From: a virus
Lineage: Duplodnaviria > Caudoviricetes
Length of the DNA stretch: 27,228 bases
IMG/VR virus record: IMGVR_UViG_3300025375_000017
Span: 1 to 27,228 of that record
Reading direction: 5' to 3' (one strand)
In this document: positions 1 to 7,507 of the stretch, in pieces
How positions within the stretch are numbered: the stretch's first letter is position 1
Layout of the letters: each line of letters starts with the position of its first letter
Notes under the pieces: model-generated
What the model saw: only the letters and a program-made list of their open reading frames with translations
Database searches by the model: none
Told to the model about the DNA's origin: nothing
Translations under genes and position numbers: made by a program

Positions 1-460
1 AGATACCACTACCACTGTAGCCAGAGATACCGCTGTAGCCAGAGATACCACTACCACTGTAGCCAGAAAAACCACTGTAGCCAGAGATACCGCTGTAGCC
101 AGAGATACCGCTGTAGCCAGAGATACCGCTGTAGCCAGAGATACCACTGTAGCCAGAGATACCACTGTAGCCAGAAAAACCGCTGTAGCCAGAGATACCG
201 CTGTAGCCAGAGATACCGCTGTAGCCAGAGATACCGCTGTAGCCAGAGATACCGCTGTAGCCAGAGATACCACTACCACTGTAGCCAGAAATACCGCTGT
301 AGCCAGAGATACCACTACCACTGTAGCCAGAAAAACCGCTGTAGCCAGAGATACCGCTGTAGCCAGAGATACCGCTGTAGCCAGAGATACCACTGTAGCC
401 AGAGATACCACTGTAGCCAGACCAACCACTGTAGCCAGAGATACCACTATAGCCAGACCA
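1..460. repeat. Coding tandem repeat, 18-bp unit (e.g. TGTAGCCAGAGATACCGC) with occasional 6-bp inserts, encoding SGYSGI
   Basis: Directly visible head-to-tail repeats with no unique spacers, in frame with the CDS starting at 688. Confidence 0.95.
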
Positions 461-688
461 ACCAGAAACAGGACCAACAATTGCTATTGTTCCGTCACTG
501 TAATAAATTGTTAAATACCCTGTTGTCGAGTCGTAAACAATGTTGGTGATTAATTTGCCCGGTGAAGAAGCATTGGCAATCTGCGAGACAGATGCTTGTT
601 TTGTCACACCGTGTTGTACAACTATAGTTTGCTCATCCCCTGTTAAAGTGGTGGCAACTGGTAGTTGAGTTATCGGTAAATTTGCCAT
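1..688 (-). CDS. Tail fibre/adhesin-like protein with SGYSG(I/F/W) Gly-X-Y repeats; 3' end runs off the window
   Basis: ATG at 688 (CAT 686-688) reads MANLPITQLPVATTLTGDEQTIVVQHGVTKQASVSQIA...GPVSGWSGYSGISGYSG... and stays open to position 1. Not in the supplied ORF track because it has no stop in the window. Confidence 0.75.
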   Translation of the reverse strand, partial: MANLPITQLPVATTLTGDEQTIVVQHGVTKQASVSQIANASSPGKLITNIVYDSTTGYLTIYYSDGTIAIVGPVSGWSGYSGISGYSGWSGYSGISGYSGISGYSGISGYSGISGYSGFSGYSGSGISGYSGISGYSGSGISGYSGISGYSGISGYSGISGYSGISGYSGFSGYSGISGYSGISGYSGISGYSGISGYSGISGYSGFSGYSGSGISGYSGISGYSGSGI

Positions 689-693
689 TTATT

Positions 694-1317
694 TTATGTA
701 TAGGTAAAGGCACCATGCAACGTTGCTGTTCCATAAGTGGAAAGTGCAGAAACGTCCACAATACCTGTAATGGTGTATGCTGGAGATGTTGCAGTAATTT
801 GTATTGGTGTATTAACTGTAAACGTTGCGTTTACTCCGCCAAACTTAATGTTAGTAATGTTAACAAAGTTAGTGCCTTGAATGATCACGCTTGTCCCACC
901 AGCTTTAGGTCCATTAACTGGACTGACGCTGTATATTGTTGGCATTAGTGGAGGTGGCGCAGAAATAAATTGGCTTTTTAAATCCAAATTGCCAGGTGCT
1001 CCACCTTGGCCATACGGTGCGCCTTCAATGTACAAGTTGTCGTACTGTACACTAGTATTTGGTGCGCCTTGTGTATCAACAAGATTTGGTGCAATTGCAA
1101 CAGACACATCTGGGCGTGGAAAGCGTAATGCAATGTTTTCAGTTTGACGCGCAGGCAAGCGCCATGGGTCGAACTGATCTAGGTCGTCCTTGCACACCCG
1201 CATCCCTGGAAAATTGGGATCGGGCATGAGTTCTGTATAGCCAAACTTTCTATTACAGCGGTCACAGACCGCTATAGATAGAACAGAATTGCCTCGGGTG
1301 TCAAGGTAGACAGGCAT
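694..1317 (-). CDS. Virion-associated protein: N-terminal Cys-containing (CDRC) conserved phage domain plus C-terminal IPT/TIG Ig-like domain
   Basis: 207 aa. PTIYSVSPVNGPKAGGTSVIIQGTNF...FGG...ITATSP...FTY is a typical IPT/TIG signature. Confidence 0.7.
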   Translation of the reverse strand: MPVYLDTRGNSVLSIAVCDRCNRKFGYTELMPDPNFPGMRVCKDDLDQFDPWRLPARQTENIALRFPRPDVSVAIAPNLVDTQGAPNTSVQYDNLYIEGAPYGQGGAPGNLDLKSQFISAPPPLMPTIYSVSPVNGPKAGGTSVIIQGTNFVNITNIKFGGVNATFTVNTPIQITATSPAYTITGIVDVSALSTYGTATLHGAFTYT

Positions 1318-1325
1318 CTAGTGCC

Positions 1326-2117
1326 TTATAGAGCTGAAGGTAGTGCTTGGCCGTCGTTTTGAATCAAGAAACATTCAACTGCAACACTAATAGCAGCTGT
1401 ACCAGTACTTGTCGAAAATTGAATTTGAATATCTGTTTTTTCAGTAAAAGGACGGGGCATTACACGCTGTGCTGCATAGAACTGGGTAAACGGAGATTGT
1501 TGTGTTACGGACACTACACCAGATGAAGAGACGCTTTGATTTCTGTACGTTACATAGTTGGCATTGTTGCCATTGAACGAAGTATACGCGTTAACTCGAC
1601 TTAAATACAAAGTATAGCCAGCTGGTACAGTGTAAATAGCCATTTGGGTTCTACCAATACCAGTATTAATCTGTGCGTATGTTGTAGTATTTGTTACATC
1701 TTTTAATGTAACTGCACCAGATGGGTTTGATGCGCTACCAGAAGTTACAAACATGCTATTAATTCGGAAATATTTGTTTACTGTTGGTACAGCAGTCGCG
1801 CCGCTTAATGTTAGTGTTTCAGATATTTGCAAATAATTTGCATCTAATCCAACAATGGTAATTTTAGCAGTATCACCAGAAGTACCTGCTAAATTCATAG
1901 TAATAGCAGAACTTGGGTATGTATAAGTCGTTGCGTTTTCCCATAAAGGAATAACTGATGTTGTTACAGAGGTTTGGTAACCATAAATGTTAACAGTGCT
2001 GTGTCCCATAATCTGCGAGCGAGCAACTTGAAGGTCAAATGGCTCATAAGCGCCGACCTTAGTTACAGATTCAATTGCATAGGGTGTTGCTTGTAAATTT
2101 GTTACTAAACTAGACAT
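1326..2117 (-). CDS. Putative structural protein (Ser/Thr-rich, beta-rich)
   Basis: 263 aa with an AAGGA RBS, within the structural operon. Confidence 0.65.
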   Translation of the reverse strand: MSSLVTNLQATPYAIESVTKVGAYEPFDLQVARSQIMGHSTVNIYGYQTSVTTSVIPLWENATTYTYPSSAITMNLAGTSGDTAKITIVGLDANYLQISETLTLSGATAVPTVNKYFRINSMFVTSGSASNPSGAVTLKDVTNTTTYAQINTGIGRTQMAIYTVPAGYTLYLSRVNAYTSFNGNNANYVTYRNQSVSSSGVVSVTQQSPFTQFYAAQRVMPRPFTEKTDIQIQFSTSTGTAAISVAVECFLIQNDGQALPSAL

Positions 2118-2141
2118 AATTAATTTCCTTAAATGTTAAAG

Positions 2142-2160
2142 TAGGGGGACTAGCCCCCTA
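2142..2160 (-). terminator. Hairpin, possible weak intrinsic terminator
   Basis: TAGGGGG-ACTAG-CCCCCTA just after the stop of 2166..2735, followed by CTTTAACATTT on the minus strand. Confidence 0.45.
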
Positions 2161-2165
2161 GGCAA

Positions 2166-2735
2166 TTAATTATTGGTGTAGCCAGAACCGTATGCAGTTG
2201 TAGAACCGTCAGTATTACGGGCTGTGTACTCAACAGTGAACGTGCCAGCTAAAGAACCAGTTAAAGCACTAACAGTAGCTTGGCTAAACTGCACTGTTGC
2301 ATCCAAAGTACCGATGTTAGCTAACAGAGCTGTAGCAGCTGCAGTAGTAGCAAAAGCAATAGAGATAACACCACCATTGGTTGCTGTTGGGGTAATTGTG
2401 CCAATAGCTGTAGTTGTAACAGCGCCAGTTGATGGGTTAGTTACGAGCAAATTAACAGTAACTACACCACCAGTCAAAGCTGAAGGGATAGTTGTTTCGT
2501 AAAACTTAACGTTTTCAATGATAGAACCGGCTGGCAATACAAATGGAGTTGCAGTTGTCTGACCAATATCGAAAGTTGGAAGAACTACAGCGCCAGAAGT
2601 TGTGGCAGCAACAGGAGCAATAGAGCTCTGTTGTGAGCAGCGAGCTGCACCAGTGTTATCTGGAGCGATTACGCCGTTGTTTGTTGGGTTGTTACGCTTA
2701 AAAATGCGTAATGGAGTTGTAAATGTTGATGACAT
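2166..2735 (-). CDS. Putative minor capsid/structural protein
   Basis: 189 aa, Thr/Ala-rich, AAGGAA RBS, downstream of the major capsid gene and a late promoter. Confidence 0.65.
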   Translation of the reverse strand: MSSTFTTPLRIFKRNNPTNNGVIAPDNTGAARCSQQSSIAPVAATTSGAVVLPTFDIGQTTATPFVLPAGSIIENVKFYETTIPSALTGGVVTVNLLVTNPSTGAVTTTAIGTITPTATNGGVISIAFATTAAATALLANIGTLDATVQFSQATVSALTGSLAGTFTVEYTARNTDGSTTAYGSGYTNN

Positions 2736-2830
2736 GGTATTTCCTTAATCTCAGTGGGTATCCCAAGCTGTCTCTGAGTCGTCTCACCGGGAAGTTCGGT
2801 GGTCAGAATGGGATGATTCTTCCTATACCT

Positions 2831-2860
2831 ACTAATGCAAAAAATAGGATAAATCCGCCC
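2831..2860 (-). promoter_or_regulatory. Phage late promoter (GGGCGG...TTGCATTAGT), copy 1
   Basis: One of four 30-bp elements with identical spacing upstream of late genes. Confidence 0.75.
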
Positions 2861-3312
2861 TAAACAGGGTATTTGTTTGATTTTTTGACGTTGTCTGAGC
2901 CGGGGATGACTCTGAGGTTGGAAAAGACATGCAGTCCTGAGACTTTTTTGCCCTGAAGTGGAATAATGTGGTCTACGTGGTGTGGTTTGCCAGATGCCTG
3001 TGTGAACATAGCGGCTAGTTGATATTTGGCTATGATGAGGTGTGCGTGGAGGTCCCATGCGGGTGTGCGTTGGAGAATTGCCGATTTGCGTTTGGCTTGA
3101 AGCGCAGCCTTAACCGGTTTGTTGTTTTTATTCCATTCTCTATTCGTGATGTTGTGCTGGTCAATATTATTATTTCGCCATTTATCAACACTTTCTTTAC
3201 GTTTTTCTGGATTGGCTAACGCCCAAGCCTTAGCCCGTTCTTTAGTTAGTTCTTTGTTATGCAAGTACCATTCTCTTGCTAAAAGTTTTTGATTTTCTTT
3301 TGTGGTTGCCAT
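2860..3312 (-). CDS. HNH homing endonuclease
   Basis: HHVDHIIPLQGKKVSGLHVFSNLRVIPGSDNVKKSN motif. Start moved to MATTKE (3312), 6 nt after a TATAAT box; the ORF track starts at 3339, inside the terminator. Confidence 0.85.
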   Translation of the reverse strand: MATTKENQKLLAREWYLHNKELTKERAKAWALANPEKRKESVDKWRNNNIDQHNITNREWNKNNKPVKAALQAKRKSAILQRTPAWDLHAHLIIAKYQLAAMFTQASGKPHHVDHIIPLQGKKVSGLHVFSNLRVIPGSDNVKKSNKYPV

Positions 3313-3328
3313 ACCGATATTATACATG

Positions 3329-3357
3329 AAAAAGCCCACTTTGTGGGTGGGCTTTTT
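3329..3357 (-). terminator. Intrinsic (bidirectional-type) terminator after the major capsid gene
   Basis: AAAAAGCCCACT-TTGT-GGGTGGGCTTTTT. Confidence 0.8.
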
Positions 3358-3384
3358 ACAATTACTACTTTTGGTTAAAACCGA

Positions 3385-4302
3385 TTACAAGCCTGCTGTG
3401 CCAAAAATATTACGGGCATCATGCCATCCTGTGGCATATCGCTCAGTGGCTTTATAGCGCATGCTATCTGTTTCAAAGTCCCCCTCCATGGATTTCTCCA
3501 TGTTACGACGGTTAACGAGCATGAGACCATTTTCAGCATCAGTCTGAACCCACCAGGCTTTGCTAGAGGACAAACGTGTAACCACGTGTGTGCCTTTAGG
3601 CAACATGCCTGTTGATTTGATTGGGTTCAAATCGTTGTCAGCAGTGCCTGAACGGAGAACAGACTTCAGAATTACTTCTGATTGGAACTCGAGTGCAGGT
3701 GGAACTACTAACTGTTCAGCTTTCAGACGAATACGCTTACCGTTGTTGTCAACAGCAGAGCGAATTTGAATCAACATCTGTTCAACAGAAGTTTGGCTCA
3801 AAGAAGCAGCTGTAGATAACTGGTTAGAGTAAGAACCGCCGTTAGCGATTGGGTGAGCAGCGTTGATCAAAGTTACGCCATCGCCACCGATGTAGCCAGG
3901 AGTGAAAGCAAAGTTCAAAATGTTTGCACATAATGTTTCTTTAGTTTCAATCATTGACTGCGCCAAGTGTTTAGCGAAAGTTGAGCCGATACGGATGTGA
4001 TCGCCGTCTTCCATCAAAACTTTGGTCAAGGCGTATGCCAAGCCATAGATTTGGTAGATGAAACGGGTGATGTACAAAGTACCACCTTGATCGTAGCTAA
4101 CTGGAGTGCCGTCAGGCATTGCAGGAGCTGCGTTCATACCATAAAGCATTACTTCTTCGTGGTAGTTACGTGGAATACCTTGGATCTCTTCTACAAATCC
4201 CTTCCACTCGTCGGCGCGTTGTTCATAAACGCCATCAAAGACTTCGTTGATAATCGGTTCGACTACCGCACGAAAGTCGGTACTACGCATTGGGGTTGCC
4301 AT
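3385..4302 (-). CDS. Major capsid protein (HK97 fold)
   Basis: 305 aa, follows scaffold genes and precedes a terminator. Motifs such as GGDGVTLINAAHP, LVVPPALEF and DFETDSMRYKATERY are typical of this phage capsid family. Confidence 0.9.
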   Translation of the reverse strand: MATPMRSTDFRAVVEPIINEVFDGVYEQRADEWKGFVEEIQGIPRNYHEEVMLYGMNAAPAMPDGTPVSYDQGGTLYITRFIYQIYGLAYALTKVLMEDGDHIRIGSTFAKHLAQSMIETKETLCANILNFAFTPGYIGGDGVTLINAAHPIANGGSYSNQLSTAASLSQTSVEQMLIQIRSAVDNNGKRIRLKAEQLVVPPALEFQSEVILKSVLRSGTADNDLNPIKSTGMLPKGTHVVTRLSSSKAWWVQTDAENGLMLVNRRNMEKSMEGDFETDSMRYKATERYATGWHDARNIFGTAGL

Positions 4303-4322
4303 TGCTTATCCTTTCGTATTAA

Positions 4323-4988
4323 TTAAACGGACGTCGACGGAGCGGCGAACTGGTTGTTGCAGATCTGAACCTGAACGATTGTGTAGGCATCGCCCCAAGC
4401 ATTGGTATTACCAGCTGGGTATGCTACTTCACGTCCCAATCCAACTACGCGAACTTGACCTTGGTTTGTACTACCAACAGCAGTTGCAAGCAACGCAGTA
4501 GTAGAGAAACCAGCACCACCGTTACCGATAGCATAGCCATCAGCAGTAGTATAGTTAGTTGTTGTGTCGAAATTGTATTCAGTACCGATGGCAGAAGCTG
4601 TTGCTGAGCCGTTGATTTGAGCTTCGTATACGATTGCTGGGTCAGCGAAGATCCAGAAAACGATATTTGTAGAAGCATCAAGTGTCAATTTAGAAGCATA
4701 TTTAGCTACTGAACGACGGCCGTCAGAGTTGGTGTACTCTACGCCGTCAAATACGCCATAAACTTTACCGCTTGATGCGGTTTGGTTGGCGATAGTCAAT
4801 TGGCCAGAAGAAGTAATCGCTAAAGGTTGATACTGCCAGAAAGACTGGCCAGAACTCAAACTGTAAGGAGCACTGTAACCTGAAACACCAGTGACATAGC
4901 TGTTAGTACCGGCGAACGGTACTGCACGATCTAAACCACTTGGGTGATACGCAGGCTTCAGACCAAAGGGTTGAAATGTTGAAGACAT
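4323..4988 (-). CDS. Putative capsid decoration/minor head protein
   Basis: 221 aa with an N-terminal PFGLKP motif, immediately upstream of the capsid gene. Confidence 0.65.
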   Translation of the reverse strand: MSSTFQPFGLKPAYHPSGLDRAVPFAGTNSYVTGVSGYSAPYSLSSGQSFWQYQPLAITSSGQLTIANQTASSGKVYGVFDGVEYTNSDGRRSVAKYASKLTLDASTNIVFWIFADPAIVYEAQINGSATASAIGTEYNFDTTTNYTTADGYAIGNGGAGFSTTALLATAVGSTNQGQVRVVGLGREVAYPAGNTNAWGDAYTIVQVQICNNQFAAPSTSV

Positions 4989-5020
4989 TTATTTTCCTTT
5001 GTTATTTTTGAAGATTGATA

Positions 5021-5575
5021 TTAAAAGCGAACATTAGCGTTTGCTTTTGCGGCTTCCTTTTCCATTTCCAAAATACCACCTTCAAGAATTGATCTACCAC
5101 CTTTACCTTCTTGAGCAGAGCTCCGAACGTTTGCGGTAATATTACGTTGATGCTCGAGGGGATCCTCAAGATGCAACATTTTCATCACTTCTTGATAGAT
5201 TTCTTCTGGTAACTTGAAGAGAACCATTTCATTACAACTAATACAGCCTTCAAACTTGCCCGAGCTCATTTTACCTAGTCCTTCAAAGCCTTTACCTAAA
5301 TCCGAGGCTTTAACTGGTTCATAACCCAACGCTATGCGTTTGTCGATACTGTCATACGTGTTGGTTGTTGATAACCAGCACAAGTGGAATCCGGGAAGGA
5401 CTCCGTTTGGCAAATCCGGCAAAGCCGAGTTTTGCCACTTATCACGAAACGCAGCTACACGCTCCTTCTTGGATAATGTTTCTGGATCGTCATTAGCGAT
5501 CCGTTCTTTCGTTTCTTCGACTCGGTCTAAAAGACGGTCTTCTAAGTCACGTTTAATTCTTGGGTTCGTTGCCAT
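5021..5575 (-). CDS. Conserved head-module protein of unknown function
   Basis: 184 aa between the scaffold and decoration genes. Confidence 0.7.
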   Translation of the reverse strand: MATNPRIKRDLEDRLLDRVEETKERIANDDPETLSKKERVAAFRDKWQNSALPDLPNGVLPGFHLCWLSTTNTYDSIDKRIALGYEPVKASDLGKGFEGLGKMSSGKFEGCISCNEMVLFKLPEEIYQEVMKMLHLEDPLEHQRNITANVRSSAQEGKGGRSILEGGILEMEKEAAKANANVRF

Positions 5576-5580
5576 TTTAA

Positions 5581-6567
5581 TTAACCTTTATTTTGACGAT
5601 CATACGAAGCATAAGCTCGGATCATTTTGTTTCGTTTTTCTGTATTATCCCATGCGCCTGCGTCTTTAATTGCTTGTACACGTTCACGGCTTAATGTGAT
5701 TGTGCCAGGCTTTTGCGCTGTTGCATTAGATGATCTGCTTGAGGCTGTTGGGCCTGAAGAGCGCCTACCTTCTTTACTACCTTTACTGGTGTAGCGGTGT
5801 GGTAAACGGGACTGCAAACGATTATCTAGCTCTTCCCAATATTCAGGATCACTTGGATCCCAACCATCGGTTACGAGCTCTTGGTCAACTACTTTGGCAA
5901 TTCTACTATCTGTATCTCTAGCTTGTGGATCATACCAAGAGTTCTTTTTAAGCCATTTTGTGGCATTTTGTTGAACTTCTGTTGCGATTGGGTTTGGCAC
6001 ATTCTGTTTTGGTGACTGTGCTTGGTCCACTTGCTGTTTTTTGTAATGCTGAGCTTGGTTAAGACGTTGTTTAGCGTCTGTTAACTGTTCTAAGTATTCC
6101 ATTTGACTTACTGCATCATTAGCTTGAGCTGCTTGAAGCATTTTCATCTTAGCGTACTCAACACGAGTGGCTTCGTCTTCGATAGCCTTGTCTAGTTGTG
6201 CAAACTCGTAAGATGATGCTGTGTTTTCAACCTTAGCTAAGCGTTCTGCAAGTTCTGCATTCCGACGCTCAAGTGCATTAATCTTATTCTTTGAAGAAAG
6301 ATCGCGCTGTTTCTTTAACTCTTTTTTAAGTCTTCGCTCTTCACGACGAGCTTCACGAATTGACTCACGTTCTTCGTCAGTCTCTGCCGCGTCCATTTCA
6401 TCGTCGCCGCCATCTTCTTCATGGTCGCCGTCTTCGTTATCTTCGTGCTCTTCTTTTTTGTGTCTAGGCTCTTCTTGGTCCTCTACTTCATCTGGGACCT
6501 CCAATTTGGCGAGCACTGTGCCATCTTCCCGCTCCTTAATAGGAACATCTTTATCATTATCTGCCAT
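5581..6567 (-). CDS. Probable capsid scaffolding protein
   Basis: 328 aa with acidic N-terminus, long charged coiled coil and basic C-terminal helix; position before the capsid genes. Confidence 0.7.
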   Translation of the reverse strand: MADNDKDVPIKEREDGTVLAKLEVPDEVEDQEEPRHKKEEHEDNEDGDHEEDGGDDEMDAAETDEERESIREARREERRLKKELKKQRDLSSKNKINALERRNAELAERLAKVENTASSYEFAQLDKAIEDEATRVEYAKMKMLQAAQANDAVSQMEYLEQLTDAKQRLNQAQHYKKQQVDQAQSPKQNVPNPIATEVQQNATKWLKKNSWYDPQARDTDSRIAKVVDQELVTDGWDPSDPEYWEELDNRLQSRLPHRYTSKGSKEGRRSSGPTASSRSSNATAQKPGTITLSRERVQAIKDAGAWDNTEKRNKMIRAYASYDRQNKG

Positions 6568-6587
6568 ACATACTTTCTACAAAGTTA

Positions 6588-7028
6588 TTAATCAACAAAC
6601 GCTTTCATTTTTTGTGCTGCTTCAAATGATTTGATCTTGGAGATCACTTCACGCGCTTGCAGTGTAATAAACACCACAGCCGCGCCATCATCTTCAGGTT
6701 GCACTACGAATCGGTCGCCGCCGTACTTAATGGTGCGAACTAAATCGCCAACATTACACCAATTGCCTTCCGGCCAAGGTGTTAAATCGTCTGGACTCTT
6801 ATATGCTAAGGGGCCAATTCCACGTACTTTAGCTACTGTCTCGTTATAACGAAGAGTTTGCTTGGTTTCATCCACAAGAATGATACCGCCTTTACTTGTT
6901 GTCTTTTCCCTGCGCAATTGCACCAGTACTCGGTCACCAAGAATCTCTACACCGGGGTCTACTTCAGGAAAACACTCTAATTCTGAGCGTAAATCTGGTT
7001 CTTCCCTACTATTAAAATCAATTGCCAT
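6588..7028 (-). CDS. GroES-like (Cpn10) co-chaperonin
   Basis: ILGDRVLVQ...TTSKGGIILVD...VRGIGP...VGDLV matches the Cpn10 signature. Confidence 0.85.
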   Translation of the reverse strand: MAIDFNSREEPDLRSELECFPEVDPGVEILGDRVLVQLRREKTTSKGGIILVDETKQTLRYNETVAKVRGIGPLAYKSPDDLTPWPEGNWCNVGDLVRTIKYGGDRFVVQPEDDGAAVVFITLQAREVISKIKSFEAAQKMKAFVD

Positions 7029-7049
7029 TCGGCAATCCCTTTCTGAATC

Positions 7050-7238
7050 TTACGATTCGTCGTCTTCCGTCAAAAGTTCGTCAATAATGTCCAAAACTGC
7101 TTGAAACCCCTCGGCACGGCCAACTAAGCGTTGGTAGTCCTCAAAATTGTTTACATTATGACCCGCAGTGACAGCTTCTGCGATTTTTTGCTTTTCATTT
7201 CTCATGCGAGAAATAATTTCACTGATAAAGTCTTTCAT
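7050..7238 (-). CDS. Small hypothetical head-module protein
   Basis: 62 aa; ATG lies 6 nt after the late-promoter -10 element (leaderless). Confidence 0.7.
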   Translation of the reverse strand: MKDFISEIISRMRNEKQKIAEAVTAGHNVNNFEDYQRLVGRAEGFQAVLDIIDELLTEDDES

Positions 7239-7244
7239 ACTCTT

Positions 7245-7274
7245 ACTAATGCAATAAAGGCGAAAAATCCGCCC
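7245..7274 (-). promoter_or_regulatory. Phage late promoter, copy 2
   Basis: Minus strand GGGCGGATTTTTCGCCTTTATTGCATTAGT. Confidence 0.75.
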
Positions 7275-7279
7275 TTAAA

Positions 7280-7507
7280 TCAATAAAAGTTTCCGCCTTT
7301 AATATCTTTAAGGTTCTTACTTTGACCAACTTTGCTGTCTTTGGCCATTTTGTTGCCATTAAGAACGGCATTATTAGCGCGTTTGGAGCCTGAATTACCT
7401 TTGTCGATGGTTGTTTCACCAGGACCACCAGCATAGCCAGGGGTACCAGTCATTTTGTATGATTTGCGGAAGCCTAATTCGCCGCCGTCTTGTTTTTTAG
7501 TTGCCAT
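7280..7507 (-). CDS. Small basic Gly/Lys-rich hypothetical protein
   Basis: 75 aa; start overlaps the portal stop (TAATG), with an AAGGA RBS. Confidence 0.7.
   Translation of the reverse strand: MATKKQDGGELGFRKSYKMTGTPGYAGGPGETTIDKGNSGSKRANNAVLNGNKMAKDSKVGQSKNLKDIKGGNFY

Noticed and set aside
1-460. Possible CRISPR array
   Set aside because: Units are contiguous with no unique spacers and translate in frame as SGYSG repeats.
2736-2824. Hammerhead ribozyme, tRNA or known riboswitch in this leader
   Set aside because: It lacks the CUGANGA/GAAA core and a cloverleaf, and shows no riboswitch consensus I recognise. It is kept only as an unassigned structured leader.
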